A stretch of 62,746 bases of DNA, filler included. It is 4 parts of 4 records of this genome, joined end to end, with 100 filler letters (N's around TTAATTAATTAA, not from the genome) between each part and the next. Parts side by side here need not be neighbours in the genome. Positions count along the whole stretch, not along the records: positions 44,676 to 56,013 come from SRR20825019_1729; positions 56,114 to 62,746 come from SRR20825019_1778; 2 more parts are not named here. One strand, 5' to 3'. Below the pieces are notes generated by a model. It ran no database searches, was not told the DNA's origin, and saw nothing but the letters and a program-made list of their open reading frames with translations. Both the position numbers and the translations under genes were made by a program. Of the stretch, positions 50,353-59,199 are shown piece after piece (the stretch's first letter is position 1; each line of letters begins with the position of its first letter).

Positions 50353-52455
50353 ATGGCAGTATTAAACAAAATTAGAGAACGCTCAATCTTCTTGATCATC
50401 ATTATAGCATTGGCGTTATTTTCATTTGTATTAGCAGATGTTATCAGAAACGGCGGCTTTTCATCAGGTAAAGGTGAAAATACAGTAGCTACAGTTGGCG
50501 GTGAAAATATAGACCGTACAGAATTTGCTAAACAAGTTGACTTATATTCTAAGCAACTAGGACCAAATGCATCTACTATGCAAGCAGTAAACAGAGTTTA
50601 CGATGCAAAAGTTAGAGAAGTGGTATTGGCTCAGCAATTTGAAAAGCTAGGTATAGAGGTTAGCCCAGAACAATTAAAAGCAACAATGGCTTTACAATTA
50701 GAAGGTAACCCTACATTTTCTGATGAAAATGGTACGTTTAGCGAGCAAAAACTACAAGAGTATTTAGCTAACATTAAAGCGAGTTCTCCTCAAGCTTACG
50801 AACAGTGGAAAAACTACGAAGACCAAGTTGCTTTAGCAGCTAAAGAAACTCAGTACTTTAATATGATTAAAGCTGGTGTTGGTGCAACATTATTAGAAGG
50901 TAAGCAAGCATACTTACTAGAAAACAATACTGTTGATGTAGAATATGTAAAAATACCTTGGACAGCTGTTGATGAAAGTGAAGCACAAGTAAGCAAAGAT
51001 GAAATTAAAGCATATATAAAAGCTCACCCAGATAAGTATACTGTCGAAGCTGGTAGAGATTTACAATATGTTTTATTTGAAGAAAAAGCTTCAGATGCAG
51101 ATGTAGAAGACATGAAAGCTGAAGTTGCTGCAATGGCAGAAAACAGAGTAGAGTCTGGAGACACACTTTTAGGATTAAAAAACTCTAAAAACTTAGAGAC
51201 TTTTGTTAATGCAAACTCAGATGTGCGTTACGATGGTAACTACAAGTTTAAAAAAGACCTACCTAAAGATTTTGCAGATGAATTATTCAACTTAAATAAA
51301 GGTGAGGTTTATGGCCCATACAGAGATGGTAACACTTTAAAGCTTTCTAGACTAGAAGACACTAAGTCTATGCCAGATTCTGCCAAGGCAAGACACATAT
51401 TAATATCTTATACAGGTTTACAAACTGCTACAGATGTTGAACGTACAGAAGAAGAAGCTAAGCAACTTGCAGATAGCCTTGCATCTGTATTAAGAAGAGA
51501 TCGTAATAAGTTTACAGATTTTGCAACTACCTATTCAGCAGATAAGGTTTCTGGTGCAAAAGGTGGAGATTTAGGCTTCTTTACACCAGGTCGTATGGTT
51601 CCTGTATTTAACGATTATGTTTTTCAAAATAATGAAGGAGATCTTGGAGTTGTAAAATCTCAATTCGGATTTCATATTATAGACATACAAGAACAAACAG
51701 ATAAAGAAAAAGCTGTTAAACTTGCAACAATAGTAAGAGAGATTGAAGCTTCAGAAAAAACTACTAACGATTTATTTGCTGAAACAACTAAGTTTGAAAT
51801 CGCAGCTAAAAAAGGTGATTTTGCAGAGTTAGCTAAATCTAGTGATCTTACTGCCAGACCAGTAAAAGGTGTTAAAGCTTTAGATGAAAATATTCCTGGA
51901 GTTGGTAGACAACGTTCTATTGTAAGCTGGGCATTTAATGAAGAAACTAATGTTGGAGATGTTAAGCGTTTTGACGTTCCTCAAGGATATGTTGTAGTGC
52001 AAGTAACTGGAGAGAATGAAAAAGGGTTAATGAATGTTGAAGATGCATCAATCACTGCTACTCCAATTATCAAGAATAATAAGAAAGCAGAGATTCTTAA
52101 ATCTCGTATTAAAGGAAATACTTTAGCAGAAATTGCTCAAAACCAAGGCGTGCAAATTCAAACTTCTAACGCTCTAAACCTTAAAAGTCCAACATTAACT
52201 GGTGCTGGTAATGAGCCAGAAGTTGTTGGCGCAGCGTTTAGCCTTAAAGAAGGTGCTACAAGTGCTCCGCTACAAGGTAAAAATGGAGTATATGTTGTTA
52301 AGGTTGTAAAGCGTAACGAAGCTACACCATTAGATAACTACAAAGCGTTTTCAGTTCAGGAATCAAATAAAAGAACCTCTGGAGTAAACACTAAAGCTTA
52401 CAATGCTTTAAAAGAAGCTACAGAGATTGAAGATAATAGATCTAGATTTTACTAG
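50353..52455 (+). CDS. Membrane-anchored parvulin-type peptidylprolyl isomerase (PpiD-like)
   Basis: MAVLNKIR + TM, ARHILI, GGDLG, FGFHII. Confidence 0.9.
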   Translation: MAVLNKIRERSIFLIIIIALALFSFVLADVIRNGGFSSGKGENTVATVGGENIDRTEFAKQVDLYSKQLGPNASTMQAVNRVYDAKVREVVLAQQFEKLGIEVSPEQLKATMALQLEGNPTFSDENGTFSEQKLQEYLANIKASSPQAYEQWKNYEDQVALAAKETQYFNMIKAGVGATLLEGKQAYLLENNTVDVEYVKIPWTAVDESEAQVSKDEIKAYIKAHPDKYTVEAGRDLQYVLFEEKASDADVEDMKAEVAAMAENRVESGDTLLGLKNSKNLETFVNANSDVRYDGNYKFKKDLPKDFADELFNLNKGEVYGPYRDGNTLKLSRLEDTKSMPDSAKARHILISYTGLQTATDVERTEEEAKQLADSLASVLRRDRNKFTDFATTYSADKVSGAKGGDLGFFTPGRMVPVFNDYVFQNNEGDLGVVKSQFGFHIIDIQEQTDKEKAVKLATIVREIEASEKTTNDLFAETTKFEIAAKKGDFAELAKSSDLTARPVKGVKALDENIPGVGRQRSIVSWAFNEETNVGDVKRFDVPQGYVVVQVTGENEKGLMNVEDASITATPIIKNNKKAEILKSRIKGNTLAEIAQNQGVQIQTSNALNLKSPTLTGAGNEPEVVGAAFSLKEGATSAPLQGKNGVYVVKVVKRNEATPLDNYKAFSVQESNKRTSGVNTKAYNALKEATEIEDNRSRFY

Positions 52456-52473
52456 TAGAATCTTAATTCATAA

Positions 52474-52506
52474 AAAAAACCTCCAATTTAAAGTTGGAGG
52501 TTTTTT
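52474..52506. terminator. Bidirectional terminator overlapping the GHMP kinase 3' end
   Basis: AAAAAACCTCCAA-loop-TTGGAGGTTTTTT. Confidence 0.85.
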
Positions 52507-53432
52507 AATGCAACCATTTCAGCGAAAGATAAAATAGTATGGTATCCTTTTTCCTTAAAATAGATTTTATCCTCAGGGTTTCCTACTACTAAGACAAAGT
52601 CGCCACCCCAACCTCCTAAACTTTTAATAGTTTTAGGATAGTCTGAAAATAGCTGTTCCTTAATTGTAGGTGTTTTAATAAGTTGCGAAATTATAGTTTC
52701 GTGCTTATTTAAAGTATCTGAAAACTCCTGAACTGAATTAGCAGTTAAAACACGTTCTGTTAATTTAGAAATTTTCGACAATACATTACGTAAGGTATCT
52801 TTAGGAACACTTCTATAATGCTTTATTGAGTCTCTACTGTTTTGCTTTTTATTAAGATATACAAAGAATAGCACTTTATGAAAGGATGGCTTAAAAGAAA
52901 CCTCTTTGCTAATATTTAAGCCATCATTTAATTGATACAAAATTGGTGCTCTATGTTGTGCACAAGCAATATCGTAACCGCTGCCTCCAAAGGTTTGCTT
53001 AAGCAATTTAAAGGCGTCAACCTGTGCCCAATTGGCTAAGTTATTAATTAACGTAGAAGAACTACCTAAACCCCAATTATTTGGAAATTCAAGCTCTGTA
53101 ATTGCAAGTGTTCCTTTAAAGTTATCTTTAAAGCCATCATTTAAATCACAAACAACTTGTAAGATTTGTGTAAGCCGTTGAGCAACTTCAAGAGTTGAGT
53201 TAGTGACTACTTTTGAGGTTGTATCTAATTCAAAATCTGCTTGAAACCAAATATTATTATTTACATCTACACTTTGCCAACGCAAAACCTGTTCTGGAAT
53301 AGAAGTTATTTTAAGTGATTGACCAAATGTTGTAGGGATTGCTAAAGATTTAGCACCATCTAAAACCACATATTCTCCAGTAAGTAATAATTTACCTGGA
53401 CTGTAAAAATATTTAGGGTTTTCTACTACCAT
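52488..53432 (-). CDS. GHMP kinase (GYDIA family), probable mevalonate-pathway kinase
   Basis: GKLLLTGEY, WGLGSSS, GSGYDIA, KSLGGWGGD; directly downstream of HMG-CoA reductase. Confidence 0.85.
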   Translation of the reverse strand: MVVENPKYFYSPGKLLLTGEYVVLDGAKSLAIPTTFGQSLKITSIPEQVLRWQSVDVNNNIWFQADFELDTTSKVVTNSTLEVAQRLTQILQVVCDLNDGFKDNFKGTLAITELEFPNNWGLGSSSTLINNLANWAQVDAFKLLKQTFGGSGYDIACAQHRAPILYQLNDGLNISKEVSFKPSFHKVLFFVYLNKKQNSRDSIKHYRSVPKDTLRNVLSKISKLTERVLTANSVQEFSDTLNKHETIISQLIKTPTIKEQLFSDYPKTIKSLGGWGGDFVLVVGNPEDKIYFKEKGYHTILSFAEMVALKNLQL

Positions 53433-53434
53433 AG

Positions 53435-54745
53435 TTAAGACCTATAAGTTTCCAATGCGTCAACCACTGCACTATGGCTAACAGTATTTGTAGTAAAGTG
53501 TTTTACCATTGCTGTTTTTTCATCTGCAGTAGCATTAAACTGATTTAAAATATTCATTAAATGCATTTTCATGTGGCCTTGCTGTATTCCTGTTGTAGTT
53601 AAAGATTTTATAGCAGCAAAGTTTTGAGCCAATCCAGCAACTGCAACAATCTTCATTAATTCTTTTGCATTAGGACTTCCTAATAATTGCAATGCTAACT
53701 TCACTAAAGGATGTAAACTTGTTAAGCCACCAACGGTTCCTAAGGCCAAAGGCACTTCCATCCAGAATTTAAATATACCATTATCTATACTTGCGTGTGT
53801 AAGGCTAGAATATTGTCCATCTTTAGAAGCATAGGCGTGTATACCTGCTTCAACAGCTCTAAAGTCATTTCCTGTTGCGAGCACAACTGCATCTATTCCG
53901 TTCATTATTCCCTTATTATGAGTAACGGCTCTAAAAGGTTCAATTTCTGCAATTTTTATGGCTTGTATAAATTTTTCAGCAAACTCTTTTCCGTCAGGAA
54001 TTTTAGAATCTGAAAGCTCTTCAACAGGACAAGAGACTTCTGCTCTAACAATACAATTAGGGACATAGTTAGAAAGAATACTCATTACGATATGTGGTAA
54101 CTCCTCATTAAATGCTGCATATGAAGACGCTTCAGTCTTAAAAGTTTCAGCAAATTGCTCTAAACAACTGTTTATAAAGTTCGCGCCCATAGAGTCAACC
54201 GTCTCAAATGTGCAATGTAATTGGTAATACCCTTGTAAAGCTTCAGTTTTATTAACTAATGAAATATCTAAAACGCCACCTCCACGCTTTTCCATATTCT
54301 TAGTGAGTGCTGCTACAGAGGCCAGTAATTTAGGTTTAACTTCAGAGAAAAAAGACTTTAATATTTCTGCATTTCCCTGAAATGTAAAATGAACCTGCCC
54401 TACTTTTTGAGTATCTAAAACTTCTGCTTTAAAGCCACCTCTATTTAACCAAAATTTTGCGGCATTACTTGCTGCTGCTATAACAGAGCTTTCTTCAATT
54501 GCCATTGGTATAGCATAGTTTTTCCCGTTTATTGAAAAGTTTGGTGCTACACCAAAAGGTAAATAGTAGTTTGAAATTGTGTTTTCTGTAAACTCGTCAT
54601 GCAGTTGTTGTAACTGTTGATTAGTGTTCCAGTATTGTTTAAGTATATGTACAGCGCTTGAACTTTTTTCGAAAAACGTAGTAACTAGCCAATCAATTTT
54701 TTCTTCTTTGCTTAGCTTAGAAAACCCAGTAATGGTTTTACTCAT
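53435..54745 (-). CDS. mvaA: Class II HMG-CoA reductase
   Basis: ENTIS, EESSVIAA, DSMGAN, HNKGIMNG, TGNDFRA, GIQQGHMKMH. Confidence 0.95.
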   Translation of the reverse strand: MSKTITGFSKLSKEEKIDWLVTTFFEKSSSAVHILKQYWNTNQQLQQLHDEFTENTISNYYLPFGVAPNFSINGKNYAIPMAIEESSVIAAASNAAKFWLNRGGFKAEVLDTQKVGQVHFTFQGNAEILKSFFSEVKPKLLASVAALTKNMEKRGGGVLDISLVNKTEALQGYYQLHCTFETVDSMGANFINSCLEQFAETFKTEASSYAAFNEELPHIVMSILSNYVPNCIVRAEVSCPVEELSDSKIPDGKEFAEKFIQAIKIAEIEPFRAVTHNKGIMNGIDAVVLATGNDFRAVEAGIHAYASKDGQYSSLTHASIDNGIFKFWMEVPLALGTVGGLTSLHPLVKLALQLLGSPNAKELMKIVAVAGLAQNFAAIKSLTTTGIQQGHMKMHLMNILNQFNATADEKTAMVKHFTTNTVSHSAVVDALETYRS

Positions 54746-54763
54746 AGTAATAGTTTAAGACTG

Positions 54764-54771
54764 CAAAGATA
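54764..54771 (-). promoter_or_regulatory. Bacteroidetes -7 promoter element for mvaA
   Basis: TATCTTTG, 18 nt upstream of the ATG. Confidence 0.7.
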
Positions 54772-54805
54772 ATTGTTTTGGTTAGTTTCTTTTACACTAA
54801 CCTCT

Positions 54806-55630
54806 TTAAAGCACAATACCAAACCCTTGCAGGCCACTTTCATAAGCAGGCAGTATTTCTGTGTTATCCCAAATGCCTGTAATTATGGTTCTGGCATACT
54901 CTTCTGGCAACAATCCATTTTGCATTAAAGAGCTTGTCAATTTATAATTGTACTTAAGGGTATGATGGTTGTATGTAAATAAACCATCGTCATTAAAAGT
55001 CATATACCAAACGTGTGGCTCACCATCATTTGCAGGCATACCAATAACGCCAGGATTTAACCAGTACTTTTCATTTTCCAAATGCTGAAAAGGCAAGCCA
55101 CAATGGCCACCAACAATTATATCTGCATTTAATTTTGAAAAGTTTGGTGCTTTAACTTCCCAGTTAGTTGATTTGTATATAAACTCTGATACATTAAAAT
55201 ATGACCCATGTAAAATGCCCACTTGGTTTCCAGCGTAGTTAAATGTTATATGGTCTGGAAGCGATGCTATATAATCTAAAGAGGATTTGCTGAGTTTGCT
55301 TTGCGCATATGGAAACCAAAGTTGAGAAAAGCCATCGCATCTAGAACCTTCTCTAAAATCACAACCGCAATCTTCTGCACCATCACGAAGCTGTATCTCT
55401 ACATTACCTAATATACTCCTAGCGCCCCATTTTTTAAATGTTTGAACAACCTCTTCTGGTTGCGCACAATACCCAACGATATCTCCAGTACAAATACAAT
55501 TTTCTGGCGGTATACCTTGTTTATCTGCAATTCTTATAAGTTCTTCAAGAGCTTGTAAATTGCTGTAAACGCCTCCAAACAAAAGCATTTTACCTTTTAC
55601 AGTCCCTAAATCTGTTAATTTTTTATCCAT
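54806..55630 (-). CDS. Metallophosphoesterase with atypical first motif
   Basis: GGVYSN, GDIVGY, GNVE, HGS, GHCG, NPG. Confidence 0.85.
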   Translation of the reverse strand: MDKKLTDLGTVKGKMLLFGGVYSNLQALEELIRIADKQGIPPENCICTGDIVGYCAQPEEVVQTFKKWGARSILGNVEIQLRDGAEDCGCDFREGSRCDGFSQLWFPYAQSKLSKSSLDYIASLPDHITFNYAGNQVGILHGSYFNVSEFIYKSTNWEVKAPNFSKLNADIIVGGHCGLPFQHLENEKYWLNPGVIGMPANDGEPHVWYMTFNDDGLFTYNHHTLKYNYKLTSSLMQNGLLPEEYARTIITGIWDNTEILPAYESGLQGFGIVL

Positions 55631-56013
55631 TTTGGTAACATATATAACATCATACAACATAGTATTCCCCAGACATTAATCCAGAGTAAATCTGCATATT
55701 TTCCGGTTGAAAATTTAAGAGCTTCAGGAAACCAGCCAAAAACAAGTAAAAAGCCAAATACTAATCCGCAACACACACTTAGGTAAAAGCTTAGTTTAGG
55801 AACCTTTGTATTCCAGAATAAGAAAACAGGTGTAAGCCCAATAACCATAGTTCCAGAAATTGTGGTAGCAGATAATATTTCAGCATCTAAAAAAACTGGT
55901 ATGGTTCCTAAGATAGCAACTGCTATCATTGCCAAACGACCAAATTTTAATGTGTTTCCTAAATTAAGATCTACAGCCAATAATTTAGAAAATGATGAAA
56001 ACGTAGAGTCTAA
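55615..56013 (-). CDS. C-terminal part of a multi-TM transporter (sodium:solute symporter-like), 5' truncated
   Basis: LDSTFSSFSKL motif and four TM helices; frame open to the contig end. Confidence 0.65.
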   Translation of the reverse strand, partial: LDSTFSSFSKLLAVDLNLGNTLKFGRLAMIAVAILGTIPVFLDAEILSATTISGTMVIGLTPVFLFWNTKVPKLSFYLSVCCGLVFGFLLVFGWFPEALKFSTGKYADLLWINVWGILCCMMLYMLPKWIKN

Positions 56014-56113
56014 NNNNNNNNNNNNNNNNNNNNNNNNNNNNNNNNNNNNNNNNNNNNTTAATTAATTAANNNNNNNNNNNNNNNNNNNNNNNNNNNNNNN
56101 NNNNNNNNNNNNN
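56014..56113. other. Artificial contig linker
   Basis: N44-TTAATTAATTAA-N44. Confidence 0.99.
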
Positions 56114-56138
56114 GGGGGGGGGGGGGGGGGGGGGGGGG
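56114..56138. repeat. Poly-G run at contig start
   Basis: 25 consecutive G. Confidence 0.9.
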
Positions 56139-57366
56139 ACGGCGCGGTGTGCCGAGAGAGTGCGCTTGCAGGTGGTGCGAAGACAGTGGAGGTGGGTCGC
56201 CGCTGGTTGGCCCACAGGAGCCGCGGCTTTTGCGGAGAGGACGGCGGTGGCCACTTGCAGGGTGCCGTTCTGGGCAATGGTCACCCACTTGCGGCAGTGG
56301 AGGAGCTATGCTGCTCAAGAGCCGAACAAAAGCGGCCACTGGCACTGGCCGGAGGCTGCCGCGGCCTAGTACCCGGCCCCACCAGAGGGCCAGAGGACTG
56401 GTCGGCTCAGTGGCATGCCCGGCCGACGGCTGAACTGAACGCTCCGACGTCGTCAGTGAGTGAGCACCAGCAGGCTGCCTCATCAGTGAGGCAGGGGTCC
56501 CCTCCTAACCGGGCCTGGCGCGCGCGCTGGGGGGCGTACTACTCTAAAGACTGACTCAACCAGCGGGCGCCGCCGGGTCAGTGGCGGGCGGCGGTGCCGG
56601 CCAGCAGGGAGCGCCCGGCGCTGCCGGCGGCCGGTGCCCCCGCAGCCGGTCAGCCGGTCGGTCCCCCGGCGTACTCCTTCCGCTGAAGAACAGAAATTGA
56701 ATTCCCATCCGGTTCCCGCCAAATCCCATCATCGTCCCAAGGCGCCATAACGATCAGAGCAAGCCTTGAAGGCCCCAAGCAGCTCCATGCGAGCGTCAGT
56801 CATGCCCTGCCAGGGGTGTTTGGCACGGTCCCGTCTCACCAGTCGAGGCTAGCCCTGCGACAGTGCAAGCCTCATCATGGGAGTTCTGGCGGGAGACTGC
56901 CGGATCGCCGGACGGACAGGGACCGGCCCGGACGGTCAGTCCGCGTCCGCGCCGGCCGCGGCCGTGGGCCTGCCGTGCCACCCGGTCCACCGTCCGCCGG
57001 TCCGGCGTCGTCCTCTAGGGCCGCCCTCTCCTTGTCCGTGTTGGGCCGGCGAGGTCATCCAAGTTCAATTCTCATCAGGAGTTCGTTCCCTAACGCTGAT
57101 GAACCCTTGCGGCTCTGGCCGGTGTGCCTCGCACGGTGGGAGTGAGTGTCACCGTGGATGATGCTTTCACACCGTACTGGCCGCGCTCAGTCTGTCCTCA
57201 CTCCGGGCCAACCCGATCGGCCGCAATGGCACCAGAAAACGGTCGTTCTGGGCCGTGGTCCCACAAGGCGGTGTGGTAACAGCGCACGCTCGTCCGGGGC
57301 CCGAGGACCACGGTCTTGTATATAATGGAGCCCCGGCGATAGGAGAAGGAATCAACTTAACACACC

Positions 57367-59161
57367 ATGACACAGGCCCCCTCCGTCAAGACCCTCTTTG
57401 ACTCACTGGACGGTGACAAGGATGGACAGCTCTCATACAACGAGTTGAACGAGGCGTTCTCTCACTTGGGCATTGCGGTGGACTATGACCAGGTATGGCA
57501 CGAGAGCTTGGTGTGGTGGTGCGGTGTGGTGACGGCCGCTGCAGCTGATGGCAGTCGCTGAGCACGTCGACCCCAACGGCACCGGCAAGGTCTCCTACGA
57601 GGGCTTCCTCGTCTCTATCGACAAAGCACTGAGCATGGGCCAGGTGAGCCGCCCCAGCCGACTGTATGTGGATGCATGTCTGACCCACGCCCGGCCAGGT
57701 TGTTCCGGAGGGTCCCGCGCCCGTGCCGGCCACTGCCGACCCTGGAGTGGCGCAGGCCAAGGAGCGCCTTATCCGGCACCTCTTCTCCGTTGACGCCCGC
57801 GGCGCTGGGTTTGTGAGCGTGACAGAGTTCCAAGACGCGATGGATGCGTGCAACATCCCCATGCGCACACGGGAGGCCGACGCCATCCTGGCCACCGTGG
57901 AGATCACAGACGATGGCAAGGTGGTCTATGGGGCGCTGGCGGGCAGTGCGCCCCGTGGAGGCGCGCCGGACTTGGACGCCGTCTCCGCTCCTACAACGGT
58001 AGGCATCCGGTGTACGTGGTGGTGTGCCGTGGACTGATCTTGCTGCAGGTGTACTCCCCCCGGCGTGAAGAGCCTCCCGCCCCTGCGCAGCCCTACATCC
58101 CTGCCTCCCACGAGCCCGCCCCCGCCCCGCAGCGCATGTCACAGCCCAGTGCGAGCAAGCTGGCCTCGCCCTTCGGCACCCACCAGGACATGTCCAACAG
58201 CATGGTAAGACGCGGCCCCGGTGACGTTCTGATGCCGCCTGCCTCACACCGCGCCCCAACAGGCTGCCAACAACGCCAACAACCAGTCCGCCGCCGGGCT
58301 GTCGGTGCACGACGGTTACCGCCGCCTCATTGCGGGCAACCTCAACCGCCAGACATTCGTTCAGATCCTCAACAACAATGGCTTTACTGATATCTCCCCC
58401 GAGGCACAGCGCCTCCTTGACCGGTGAGTTCCCCATGTTGATGTCACCGCTCTGGGCCACACTGACTGCGGCCCAGCCTCGAGGCGTCCGGCCACATCAA
58501 CTTCAGCCACTTCATGCGCGCGCTGCAGGCCCCCTCCACCGCCGGCTCCGTTCATCCCACCGACGATAGCGTCACTGCGGGGCGCCGGTCCCAGCACCAC
58601 GGCAACTTCGTGCTGCCTATTGGGAACATCTCCCTGGAGGACCAGTCCGCGCCTCCCACCCCCTCGTCCACATCCGCCCGCTCCCCCACAAAGGCCATGC
58701 GCCACCTCAACGACGTCCCCGTCTCGGAGCTGTTGGGCGGCGGTGCCTCGCGCCAGAACGATGAGACCAGCAGCGTGGCCTCCAGCCGCCGCTCCAACTA
58801 TGTGACCGTCGCACAGAAGCTGTGTGCCGGTGACATTGACCCCGCGGGCTTCCGTCGGTTCTTGCAAGAGGAGGGCATCCCCGAGAGCCACATGCACACC
58901 AAGATCCTCAACAACATCTCCGGTGGCGGTGGTGTGCGCTTCCAGGAGCTCATGAAGGCTCTCCCCGCCGAGACCGTCGCTACACCTGAGGCAGCACAGC
59001 GCCCCGCCGCCGGCACGAGGAAGGGCATCAGCTCCGGGATGGCCGGCGTGCTGGACCACACCGTGGACCCCAGCGCGGCACCCCAGTCTGGCCTGCGGAC
59101 TTATGGCAACAAGGGTCAGATGTCCAACATCCCCATGAACTGGAATTATGGCGTGCAGTGA
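57367..59161 (+). CDS. Multi-EF-hand calcium-binding protein, ~6 exons
   Basis: DGDKDGQLSYNE, DPNGTGKVSYEG, DARGAGFVSVTE loops joined across short GT-AG introns; degenerate EF-like units later. Confidence 0.78.
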
Positions 59162-59199
59162 TCGCCCACCACCTGAGTAAACCGGATTATAGAACCGCA

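Noticed and set aside
56114-56138. Poly-G as a telomere or G-quadruplex element
   Set aside because: Homopolymer at a contig edge; likely an assembly break or sequencing artefact.
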